64,000 bases of DNA, from contig JAKUPZ010000003.1 of the NCBI GenBank assembly GCA_022449765.1, forward strand, positions 10,675-74,674, in the 5' to 3' direction. Of this stretch, positions 40,730-48,950 are shown one piece after another. A program made the position numbers and the translations under genes. The DNA comes from Dehalococcoidia bacterium. Lineage in GTDB: Bacteria; Chloroflexota; Dehalococcoidia; Lucifugimonadales; Australimonadaceae. The first letter of the stretch is position 1; each line of letters begins with the position of its first letter. Below the pieces are notes generated by a model. The model made no database searches. It was not told where the DNA came from and worked only from the letters and a program-made list of their open reading frames with translations.

Positions 40730-40780
40730 GTTTTCGGGGAAAAGTAGAGGGAAAACTATAATATCCTTCCTGAATATCAC

Positions 40781-42154
40781 CTAAGCGGACTCTATATTTT
40801 TGTTGAAATGACCTGAATGTTGTTTATTTTTTTCCAATGAAAGGACAAATTCTTTGAACTGAGGGTCTGTTATTAATGCTTCCTTTGCTTGTCCTATAGC
40901 ATAAGTAATTGTAGTTCTGTCTCTTTTCCCCAAAATTTGCCCTATTTGATCAGGGCTAAAACGGAGTTTAGAGTTCAAGAGGTATGCAGCAAGTTGCCTG
41001 GCTTTAGATGCTTCTTTAGTTCTTTGTGGGCTGATCAGTGCCTTCACCGAGATACCATATGCTTTTGAAGAAAAATCTAAGATCATTCCTTGGTCTAAGA
41101 TAGGGGGTGTTTCTTTTAATGCAGATGGGCCTAGCGCCATTTTTGCCAATTCATAGCTGGGTTCTTGCCCTGTGAACTCAATAAATGCAAGGAGGCGATT
41201 GTGAACTCCTTGAAGGGTTCTAACATTGTCATGAACATGCGTTGCTATGAATTCTAAATATTCGCGAGCGATAGGGTTCGATATTTTCTCAGTGAGGGCA
41301 TTTAAAATCGCAAGCTTTGTTTCGAATTCTGGCGCACTTAAATCTGCTTGCAAACCAGCCTCAAACCGTGAGCGTAGACGGGCTTCTAAAAGCCGTAGCT
41401 CGCCCGCGGGGCGATCACTGCTCATGACCAACTTTCCGCCGGAACGATGAAGTTCATTAAATGTATGGAAAAGACCATCTTGGGTTGCTTCTTTACCATT
41501 TAAGAACTGAATATCGTCAACCATAAGAAGATCTACGGATCGATAACGATCTCTAAAGCCATCGGTTTTACGCTCCTTGATTGCACGCAGGTATTCATTG
41601 GTAAATTGTTCTGCAGAAACGTAAATTACCCGCTTCCCGATTGAAGTAGCAAACTGCCCGATTGCATTCATAAGGTGTGTTTTTCCAAGTCCGACGCCAC
41701 CATAAAGGAAAAGAGGGTTATATGCTGAAGGCGAACCAGAGGCTAAGGCATATGCAGCTGCGTAGGCGAGTTGATTAGAAGGCCCAACTATAAAATTTTT
41801 AAATGTATATTCTGGATAGAATGCAGTCCCTCCTAAGGGGTTATTTATGCTAGAGGGAGCGTTAGGGTTTACGGGTTCCGAGAAGGAATTACCCCGAGGA
41901 TTTTCAGTGCCGACTACAAACGCCACCGTAATCTCCTGGCTTGAAATTGAAGATAACGTTTTTAGGATTAGTTTCTGTAGCCGGTCTTCAAGCCATTGGG
42001 CCGTAAACGTAGATGGAACAGAGACAACCAAATGGTTGCCTTCGAGGCGCAACGCATGGGTATTGCGGAGCCAAGTGTCGAAAGTTGGCCGGGGTATTTG
42101 TAGTTGAATCCTGCCGAGGGCAGCGTCCCAAAGACGGTTTGCCGGTTCTGACAA
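40781..42154 (-). CDS. dnaA: chromosomal replication initiator protein DnaA
   Basis: AAA+ motif GGVGLGKTHLMNAIG and a C-terminal DNA-binding domain. I prefer the TTG start at 42154 (MSEPANRLWDAAL) because GGAGG lies 5 nt upstream. The listed start 42205 is also TTG, with no SD. Confidence 0.9.
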   Translation of the reverse strand: MSEPANRLWDAALGRIQLQIPRPTFDTWLRNTHALRLEGNHLVVSVPSTFTAQWLEDRLQKLILKTLSSISSQEITVAFVVGTENPRGNSFSEPVNPNAPSSINNPLGGTAFYPEYTFKNFIVGPSNQLAYAAAYALASGSPSAYNPLFLYGGVGLGKTHLMNAIGQFATSIGKRVIYVSAEQFTNEYLRAIKERKTDGFRDRYRSVDLLMVDDIQFLNGKEATQDGLFHTFNELHRSGGKLVMSSDRPAGELRLLEARLRSRFEAGLQADLSAPEFETKLAILNALTEKISNPIAREYLEFIATHVHDNVRTLQGVHNRLLAFIEFTGQEPSYELAKMALGPSALKETPPILDQGMILDFSSKAYGISVKALISPQRTKEASKARQLAAYLLNSKLRFSPDQIGQILGKRDRTTITYAIGQAKEALITDPQFKEFVLSLEKNKQHSGHFNKNIESA

Positions 42155-42360
42155 CCTAGCCTCCGAAAGATAAATTATTAAAAGTGTTGAAGGAGAAACC
42201 TTCAAGTTTTAATAACCTATCTTAGAAACCGAAGCGAAACCAAGGACAGAATTGGAGGGATTTTGGTGATGTTTTCACTTGCAAGATTGGAAACTATAGA
42301 TGAAGCAGATAATGGCCATAAAAATGAAATGGGCTTGAATTCCAATGGTAAAATCAGAGC

Positions 42361-43311
42361 ATGAAGCAAATGAACGTTGTATTTATGGGTACCCCCGCAT
42401 TTGTGGTGCCAGTTCTCAATGTAGTAAATCAAATATGTAAAGAAGAAAAATGGAAACTGACCTGTGTCTATACGGCCCCAGATAAGCCAAAAGGTAGAGG
42501 CCAGGTACTTACTGCATCTCCGGTAAAGGAACGAGCTCAAGAGTTAGGAATCGAAGTTCTATCACCTCCTAAACTAACGGAGGCAGGTACAATAGCGCAA
42601 TTTAGAAGATTAGAACCAACAGTGGTAATTCTTGCGGCGTTCGGTTTACTTTTACCTCCTCCTTTTTTATTTGACCCTCCTTTTGGAGCAATTAATATTC
42701 ACCCCTCCCTATTACCAAAATATAGAGGAGCTGCTCCTGTCGCGGGGGCAATTTTGGAAGGAGCGATGGAAACGGGAACGTCAATAATTCGCATGGACGA
42801 AGGCTTGGACACGGGCCCTTTACTGAGCCAAAGAAAAGTAGCACTTCAAGGCAATGAAACTAGCGAAAAGCTAACGCGGCAATTGTTTTCTCTGGGGGCA
42901 GAGATGCTAAAAGAACTACTGCCAAAATTGATACGAGAAGGAGTTATGGAGGAGCCTCAAAATGAGAAGGGGGCTTCATTTTATGGTAGATGGTCAAAAA
43001 AAGACGGGACAATAAATTGGCAAGAGTCGGCAGAGATAATTGAGCGTAAAATACGTGCATTTGACCAATGGCCTGGGGCTTCGACCCAGTGGAAGGGTCT
43101 AAAATTAGAAATTTTAGAAGCGCAGGTATCTACGCAGATATTAAGTTTGAAAGTAGGCGAAGTCAGGTTGTCCAATACCGAGATACTAGTAGGAACAGGC
43201 GCAGGGTCCTTAGCACTGAAGGTAGTCAAACCCGAAGGGAAGCAAGGCATGTCAATAAAAGACTTTATCCTAAGCCGAAAAGAATTTGTTAATTCAACGC
43301 TTCCTTCTTAA
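42361..43311 (+). CDS. fmt: methionyl-tRNA formyltransferase
   Basis: Motifs VVFMGTPAF and HPSLLPKYRGAAP. The start could be ATG 42370 (MNVVFMGTP). Confidence 0.9.
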   Translation: MKQMNVVFMGTPAFVVPVLNVVNQICKEEKWKLTCVYTAPDKPKGRGQVLTASPVKERAQELGIEVLSPPKLTEAGTIAQFRRLEPTVVILAAFGLLLPPPFLFDPPFGAINIHPSLLPKYRGAAPVAGAILEGAMETGTSIIRMDEGLDTGPLLSQRKVALQGNETSEKLTRQLFSLGAEMLKELLPKLIREGVMEEPQNEKGASFYGRWSKKDGTINWQESAEIIERKIRAFDQWPGASTQWKGLKLEILEAQVSTQILSLKVGEVRLSNTEILVGTGAGSLALKVVKPEGKQGMSIKDFILSRKEFVNSTLPS

Positions 43312-44015
43312 TCAGCTTCTTCGGTAGAAACTTCAGCTTCCTCTGATGAGCCTTCGGAGCTTTCTGGTTCAGTGGTGTCGCTAACAGTGTTAGTACTCAC
43401 TGCTATTTCTTCACCGGAAGGGGCGGTAGCTTCTTCGGCTGAGGTCGCGGCAGTAGCCCCTCTCCGTTGTATAACACGAGCAATGAAAGAATCAGGGTCT
43501 GTAACCAACGTTACACCCGCCGGTAATGAGAGATCACCAGCACGAATTACAGAGTCAGGTGAATCCATAACGGAGATATCAACAATAAGATCGTGTGGGA
43601 TTTCAGAAGGCAATGCTTCGACTTCAACTTCGTGCAGGTCTTCAGAGAGGTGAGCTCCACCCCGTGCACCTAGGGACTCACCTTGGAAATGTAGAGGTAC
43701 TGACGCATGAACTTTCTCAGTTCTAGAAATACGAAGCAGATCTACATGGAGTAACCTCTCCGTAACTGGGTGTCTTTGTATACCCTGAACCATGACAAAA
43801 TGCTCATCGTTACCTACACGAACGGTGAGTGGTGAAGTGTGGCCAACTATGCCGAGTGTTTTGATGAGATTATAGGTATCTGCTTGGAGTGAAAGCGATT
43901 CGCCTCCTTTACCATATACATGAATAGGAGTGATCCCAGATCGTCGGAGTGCTCCGACTTTTTTACCGAGAGCGACCCGGTTTTCTGCTTCTACTATAGC
44001 CTCTTCCATTTTCAT
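43308..44015 (-). CDS. rplY: 50S ribosomal protein L25 / general stress protein Ctc form
   Basis: The L25 N-terminal domain, second beta domain and acidic Ser/Thr/Glu-rich tail are typical of long Ctc-type L25. An alternative ATG lies at 44009. Confidence 0.85.
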   Translation of the reverse strand: MKMEEAIVEAENRVALGKKVGALRRSGITPIHVYGKGGESLSLQADTYNLIKTLGIVGHTSPLTVRVGNDEHFVMVQGIQRHPVTERLLHVDLLRISRTEKVHASVPLHFQGESLGARGGAHLSEDLHEVEVEALPSEIPHDLIVDISVMDSPDSVIRAGDLSLPAGVTLVTDPDSFIARVIQRRGATAATSAEEATAPSGEEIAVSTNTVSDTTEPESSEGSSEEAEVSTEEAD

Positions 44016-44175
44016 TGCCTTTACAAAAAAACTGCCCCGCGATCAGGGCCATCTAAGGATATCAGAATAGCTGTTCTCTTTCCAGTAACTTGCTTGCCAA
44101 TAACCTATTGTCGATCTATTAAGTGGACTTTAAGTGAAATGGGCATGTATCATCATTTTGGCAGGAGGTGGTCAA

Positions 44176-44622
44176 ATGCGAATTCCTATGAAAGTGGACT
44201 ATGGGGTAAGGGCATTAATTGAACTTGCTCAGAATATAGAATCAGGAAAGCTTGTGCGAACTGCAGAAATTGCAGAGAGGCAAGGAATACCTGAACCGTA
44301 CCTTGACCAAGTACTCACTACGCTAAATAAATTTGGTTTTATTCGCAGCCGGCGAGGCCCTCAAGGAGGGCATGTTCTTGCGCGACCTTCTTTTGAAATC
44401 ACGCTGGATGAAGTGGTGGCCACCCTCGAAGGAAGAACACCGCCATTAGAATGCTTTGATGATTCTTCGTGTTGTGCTGTTTCAGATGACTGCGCACAAA
44501 GAGATATATGGCGCGACGTTGAAGAGGCTATCAACGCAGTTCTAACGACCACTTCGATTGGCGAGCTTGCGTTTCGGCAAAAGAAGAAGGTAGTTCAACC
44601 GCTTAATTTTGTTAATTATTAA
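44176..44622 (+). CDS. Rrf2-family transcriptional regulator with Cys cluster
   Basis: N-terminus MRIPMKVDYGVRALIELA is typical of Rrf2 wHTH proteins. Cys pattern C-x5-CC-x5-C (ECFDDSSCCAVSDDC). Start set to ATG 44176, with AGGAGG 7 nt upstream. Confidence 0.85.
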   Translation: MRIPMKVDYGVRALIELAQNIESGKLVRTAEIAERQGIPEPYLDQVLTTLNKFGFIRSRRGPQGGHVLARPSFEITLDEVVATLEGRTPPLECFDDSSCCAVSDDCAQRDIWRDVEEAINAVLTTTSIGELAFRQKKKVVQPLNFVNY

Positions 44623-44660
44623 TTAAAAAGCCTAGATTTGTTTAAAGAATAGGAGATTCA

Positions 44661-45500
44661 ATGGCTACGGCATTGCAACTGACACCAGAACAAGTAAAAA
44701 GGTATAGCAGGCACATAATCATGCCTCAAATAGGTAGTGGTGGTCAGCGGAAACTAATCGATTCAAAAGTGTTGGTTGTTGGTGCTGGCGGACTGGGCGG
44801 ACCTGTCGCTTTGTACCTAGCGTTGGCAGGCGTCGGAACTATTGGATTGGTAGATTTCGATACAGTAGATTTAAGCAATCTACAACGACAGGTTTTACAT
44901 AATAGTGAAACGGTAGGCATGCCAAAAGTTGAATCTGCAATTTTAACGCTTTCTCGCTACAACCCAGAAGTAAATGTGATTCCTCACGAATTCCCAATTA
45001 ACTCAGAGAACGCAATGGAATTGATCTCTCAGTACGATATTGTTGTTAATGGAGCAGACAACTTTGCCACAAGATACTTGGTCAATGATGCGGCTTATCT
45101 CAGTAGTAAGCCTGTGGTCGATGGCAGCATTTTAATTTTTGATGGACAAGTAACGGTATATGAACCCGGTAAAGGGTGCTATCGCTGCTTATTTCCAGAA
45201 CCTCCTCCTCCAGGACTTGTGCCCAACTGCGCTGAAGCTGGTGTTTTAGGGGCATTAACAGGCACTATCGGTAGTATTCAAGCTACAGAAGTTGCAAAGC
45301 TCATTTTAGGAGTGGGAGAAACCCTGACGGAGCGACTGTTGCTCGTAGATGGGCTCAACATGGAATTTAGAGTAGTACGGACAAGAAGAAACCCTAATTG
45401 CCCTCTTTGTGGCGACACACCAACGGTTACTGAGCTCATAGACTATGAAATATTTTGTGGTTTAGTTCCAACTGAGGAGGCATCTTCTCCGACTCACTAA
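44661..45500 (+). CDS. MoeB/ThiF-family E1-like adenylyltransferase (no rhodanese domain)
   Basis: Motifs RYSRHI...GQRKL, VVGAGGLGGPVALYLALAGVG and DLSNLQRQ; two CxxC pairs (CYRC, CPLC); AGGAG SD. Confidence 0.88.
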   Translation: MATALQLTPEQVKRYSRHIIMPQIGSGGQRKLIDSKVLVVGAGGLGGPVALYLALAGVGTIGLVDFDTVDLSNLQRQVLHNSETVGMPKVESAILTLSRYNPEVNVIPHEFPINSENAMELISQYDIVVNGADNFATRYLVNDAAYLSSKPVVDGSILIFDGQVTVYEPGKGCYRCLFPEPPPPGLVPNCAEAGVLGALTGTIGSIQATEVAKLILGVGETLTERLLLVDGLNMEFRVVRTRRNPNCPLCGDTPTVTELIDYEIFCGLVPTEEASSPTH

Positions 45501-45528
45501 GGGACTAATACAAGCCAGCGGTCCAGAG

Positions 45529-46482
45529 ATGAATCGGTATAACGTCATGCGTAGCAATAACCTTATAGATTCAATAGGGAACACACCGATAGTTGAATTA
45601 CCTTCACTAAGTCCCAAAAAAGAAGTGCATATTTTTGCAAAACTTGAAGGTTCTAATCCTACAGGTTCAGTAAAAGATCGAATTGCTCGAGGTATGATCC
45701 AGTCAGCCGAAAGAGCAGGTCAGTTATCCAAGGAAAAAACTATCCTGGAACCGACTAGTGGTAATACAGGTATTTCCTTAGCAATGGTTACGCAGAGGTT
45801 AGGCTATAAGTTCACGGCTGTTATGCCTGACAATGTAAGCAAAGAGAGAAGTGATTTGCTTACGGCCTACGGAGCCGAAATTGTGTACTCCCCCGGAGAG
45901 CAAGGGTCTAACGGATCTATTGTGATGGCTAAGGAGATGGCTGGTAGAGACAGTAAATTTTTTATGCTTTATCAGTATGGAAACAATGAAAACCCACGAG
46001 CGCATTATGAAACTACCGGACCTGAAATCTACAGAGATGTTCCAGAGATAACACATTTTGTAGCGGGGCTTGGTACAGGTGGGACGCTAATGGGGGTTGG
46101 GCGCTACCTGAAAGAAATTAATCCCGCAATAGAAATAATTGCTGCTGCTCCTGAAGTGGACGATCGTATTCAAGGACTAAGAAGTTTGGAAGAAGGATTT
46201 GTTCCTCCGATCTTAGATTTGTCGCTGTTAGACTCGAGAATAATGATTAGCGGAGAAGAGAGTTTTCGAATGACTTCGCTATTGTTGAAAAATGAAGGTG
46301 TTTTTGCTGGAGTTTCGTCCGGAGCTGTATTAGGTGCTGCTCGCCGAATTGCAAGCAGAGTGCAACAAGCTAATATCGTTTGCCTGTTTGCGGACGGTGG
46401 CTGGAAATATCTGAGCACAGGCTTGTGGTCTAAAGAGTATGAGGATCTTCAAGAAGAAATAGAAGGTAAGGTTTGGTGGTAA
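45529..46482 (+). CDS. cysM: PLP-dependent cysteine synthase, CysM-like (candidate thiocarboxylate-dependent type)
   Basis: PLP lysine motif NPTGSVKDR, plus EPTSGNTGISLA. The blocks MLYQYGN, PEITHFVAGLGTGGTLMG and ADGGWKYLSTG match my memory of M. tuberculosis CysM (not verified by alignment). Confidence 0.85.
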   Translation: MNRYNVMRSNNLIDSIGNTPIVELPSLSPKKEVHIFAKLEGSNPTGSVKDRIARGMIQSAERAGQLSKEKTILEPTSGNTGISLAMVTQRLGYKFTAVMPDNVSKERSDLLTAYGAEIVYSPGEQGSNGSIVMAKEMAGRDSKFFMLYQYGNNENPRAHYETTGPEIYRDVPEITHFVAGLGTGGTLMGVGRYLKEINPAIEIIAAAPEVDDRIQGLRSLEEGFVPPILDLSLLDSRIMISGEESFRMTSLLLKNEGVFAGVSSGAVLGAARRIASRVQQANIVCLFADGGWKYLSTGLWSKEYEDLQEEIEGKVWW

Positions 46483-47165
46483 GGAAATTTGATAGCTTTC
46501 CCGGAGACGCCAATGGGAGGCAAAGATTGCGATTTCATGTTTCTGTCCGCACTTTTTCACATAGTCCCAGTAAAATGCTTATTGAAGCAATGGAGCGAGA
46601 GAATGTGAATTTTGGGATGGAAGAGCAGTCGTTTAATAGTGATGCCCTTCTTTTAGATCTGCTGGATATTCATCCGCATGAAATGGGTAATATACTTCGG
46701 CATCTGCAGCCTTCCAAAATACCGGTAATTGCAGCCATTGCTTCAGCCCAGATCGGCCTTGTGGATTCCTCCTTAGATGTTTCAGATTTTATAGTTGTTC
46801 CATGGTCCAAAGGGGAATTATCGCTTAGGATATCGCAGCAGATCGGGCGCAACACGGTAATTGAGCGGCCTGGGGTTATTCAGGTAGAGGATTTGGTCAT
46901 TGATACTGGTCGCTATGACGTATATTTAGGAGGTCGACCTGTCTTTCTGACTTTCAAAGAATACGAATTACTTAAGCTTTTGGCATCTTCGCCTGGGCAT
47001 GTTTATAGTCGAGAGACATTACTTGAGCAAGTTTGGGGATATCAATATTTCGGGGGAACTCGAACTGTGGATGTCCATGTTCGTCGGCTGAGAAGTAAAA
47101 TAGAGGATGCAGATCATTCTTTTATTGAGACTGTCTGGAATGTGGGTTATCGATTGCGAGGATGA
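46473..47165 (+). CDS. OmpR/PhoB-family regulator with degenerate (pseudo-)receiver domain
   Basis: C-terminal wHTH (LTFKEYELLKLLASSPGHVYSRETLLEQVWG...VDVHVRRLRSKIE). The receiver-like N-terminus lacks the acidic pair, Thr and Lys. Start is ambiguous: TTG 46473 or GTG 46476 overlapping the cysM stop (a full receiver fold), or ATG 46575 (truncated). Confidence 0.75.
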   Translation: MVVRKFDSFPGDANGRQRLRFHVSVRTFSHSPSKMLIEAMERENVNFGMEEQSFNSDALLLDLLDIHPHEMGNILRHLQPSKIPVIAAIASAQIGLVDSSLDVSDFIVVPWSKGELSLRISQQIGRNTVIERPGVIQVEDLVIDTGRYDVYLGGRPVFLTFKEYELLKLLASSPGHVYSRETLLEQVWGYQYFGGTRTVDVHVRRLRSKIEDADHSFIETVWNVGYRLRG

Positions 47166-47183
47166 GATCACGGGAGTTTGCTG

Positions 47184-47393
47184 ATGCCTCTATATGAGTA
47201 CGTGTGCCGGTCGTGTCAAAGTAATTTTGAGAAGCGACTTCCAATGGCTTCTAGCAGTATTGCTGTCGGCTGTCCTGAATGTGGGACTGAGGCAGTAAAA
47301 ACTTTTTCGATGTTTGCTTCAAATATCAAAAATAATTTTGGGTCAACTTCTCCACTTGGTGGCTGCTGTGGAGGGAGTTGCGGTTGTGGTTAG
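47184..47393 (+). CDS. FmdB-family zinc-ribbon protein (CxxC_CxxC_SSSS type)
   Basis: MPLYEYVCRSCQ...CPECG with a Gly/Cys-rich tail GGCCGGSCGCG. Start set to ATG 47184, with GGGAG 8 nt upstream. Confidence 0.8.
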   Translation: MPLYEYVCRSCQSNFEKRLPMASSSIAVGCPECGTEAVKTFSMFASNIKNNFGSTSPLGGCCGGSCGCG

Positions 47394-48091
47394 CTTTTAG
47401 GTTTCCATATGCGTGGTACAAATTGGCCGAATGAGACACAGAGCAACGCCTCAAATATGGATAAGGATGCAATAACGAAGGTCATATCGCGCCAGAATCC
47501 CAGTGGGAAAATTTGAACTAGAGCAGAAGTGCGTGGATTAAAGGTCCAATTTCCCTGAGGGAAACCAATGTAGTGAAATAGAGTAAAAAGTGGCTCAAAA
47601 GCTACAACACTTATTACTCCAATAAATAGAATCAAAAAAATAGTAACTACCCCTCCGTATTTGATCCATCTTGCAATAGCTACATATGCACTTTTTTTTA
47701 AAAACAAATATGACAGTACGGCACAGATGAAAATAATTGAAACTAAGTAATTTTGTGCAGTAAATAAAAAGTGGAATAACTTTTTCACATCGGCCATATG
47801 CGAGGCTTCATCTTTAGTGAATAAATTTAGAGTCTTGTTATTACCAGCTAAAGTGACGACTAAAGGCTCTGAATCATCATTAAAATAAGCTTGTATCTGC
47901 TTTGAAACATCGCGTAAATCAGATGGTGACAGATTACTAACAGCAGATACATTATTCCGCTCGAATAAGGTTTCTTGCAAAGGTAAGCTATTTACTGCAA
48001 AGCGTACATTTAGCATTACTAATATGAAGGCTATAAAAATGGGGAGAGTGACATTTAAAATTTTTAAGACTTGATTAATTGATGAACTCAT
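47390..48091 (-). CDS. integral membrane protein, TIGR01906/DUF1461 family
   Basis: N-terminal TM, large external segment and C-terminal TM bundle with LFTLFHYIGFPQGNWTF. As I recall, this family includes the lipoprotein intramolecular transacylase Lit. Confidence 0.65.
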   Translation of the reverse strand: MSSSINQVLKILNVTLPIFIAFILVMLNVRFAVNSLPLQETLFERNNVSAVSNLSPSDLRDVSKQIQAYFNDDSEPLVVTLAGNNKTLNLFTKDEASHMADVKKLFHFLFTAQNYLVSIIFICAVLSYLFLKKSAYVAIARWIKYGGVVTIFLILFIGVISVVAFEPLFTLFHYIGFPQGNWTFNPRTSALVQIFPLGFWRDMTFVIASLSIFEALLCVSFGQFVPRIWKPKS

Positions 48092-48128
48092 AAACGTATA
48101 GTAACAATTATTACATGGAGTAAATTGT

Positions 48129-48917
48129 ATGTCAGAGCCATTTAAGCGGTTAATTCAAATTATGTCAGATTTGAGAAACCCTGATAGCGGATGTCCTTGG
48201 GATTTAGAGCAAACCCACAATAGCTTGAAAGGAGCCTTACTCGAAGAAACATATGAATTATTAGATGCATTAGATTTCGCTGGGAATGTAGAAATTATTG
48301 AAGAATTAGGGGATTTGCTTTTACAAGTGATTTTTCATGCCCAAATTGGATCGGATAATGAAGCTTTTGATATTAATGATGTTATCCAGAACTTGAACGA
48401 AAAGTTGATTAGGAGGCATCCTCATGTTTTCGGAGAGAATCATGTAAAAACCTCTAAAGAAGTTGTGGGTCAGTGGGAGAAAGTGAAAGCAGCAGAACGA
48501 GCAGAAAAGGGAGAAGGTAAAAAATCGATGCTTGCAGGTATTTCAACTTCAATGCCTGCCCTGGCTTATGCTTATGCAGCTATTGCAAGAGCTCGTCGTG
48601 CCGGATTTGATTGGGAAAAACCAGAAGATGCATATTTCAAAGTGCTTGAGGAAGTCCAAGAGTTTGAGAACGCCGTCTATACACAAGACAAAGAAGCTGA
48701 ATTTGGTGATATTCTCCTTTCTTTAGTGGGAGTCGCTTACCAAAAAGGAATTGACCCCGAGCAAGCATTAAGATCTGCGAATAATCGGTTTTTCTCCCGA
48801 TTTAGCAAAATAGAGGATGGCGCTCGAGAGCATAATTTAACTATTGCAGAACTTACGATGGAGCAAAAACTTGCATTGTGGCAAGAAGCGAAGAATTCTG
48901 AAGAACGCGTAAAATAG
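48129..48917 (+). CDS. mazG: nucleoside triphosphate pyrophosphohydrolase MazG
   Basis: Tandem MazG domains: CPWDLEQTHNSLKGALLEETYELLDA, EELGDLLLQV, and a second EExxE/D repeat. Confidence 0.9.
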   Translation: MSEPFKRLIQIMSDLRNPDSGCPWDLEQTHNSLKGALLEETYELLDALDFAGNVEIIEELGDLLLQVIFHAQIGSDNEAFDINDVIQNLNEKLIRRHPHVFGENHVKTSKEVVGQWEKVKAAERAEKGEGKKSMLAGISTSMPALAYAYAAIARARRAGFDWEKPEDAYFKVLEEVQEFENAVYTQDKEAEFGDILLSLVGVAYQKGIDPEQALRSANNRFFSRFSKIEDGAREHNLTIAELTMEQKLALWQEAKNSEERVK

Positions 48918-48950
48918 ACTGAGACAACCGACTAGGAAGGAAATTACATA

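Noticed and set aside
42155-42360. tRNA or other small RNA genes in the larger spacers (42155-42360, 44016-44175, 63389-63530, 34111-34263).
   Set aside because: By eye there is no T-loop (GTTCGAAT/GTTCAAAT) with flanking complementary arms, and no acceptor-stem symmetry. The spacers are better explained as divergent promoter regions. A tRNAscan or Infernal run would be the decisive check.
47184-47393. The FmdB zinc-ribbon protein as the missing sulfur-carrier for the MoeB/CysM pair, because of its Gly-rich C-terminus.
   Set aside because: It ends in ...CGCG, not a free Gly-Gly. It has the CxxC...CxxC zinc-ribbon signature rather than a beta-grasp length or pattern. The Gly/Cys tail is a common feature of this family.
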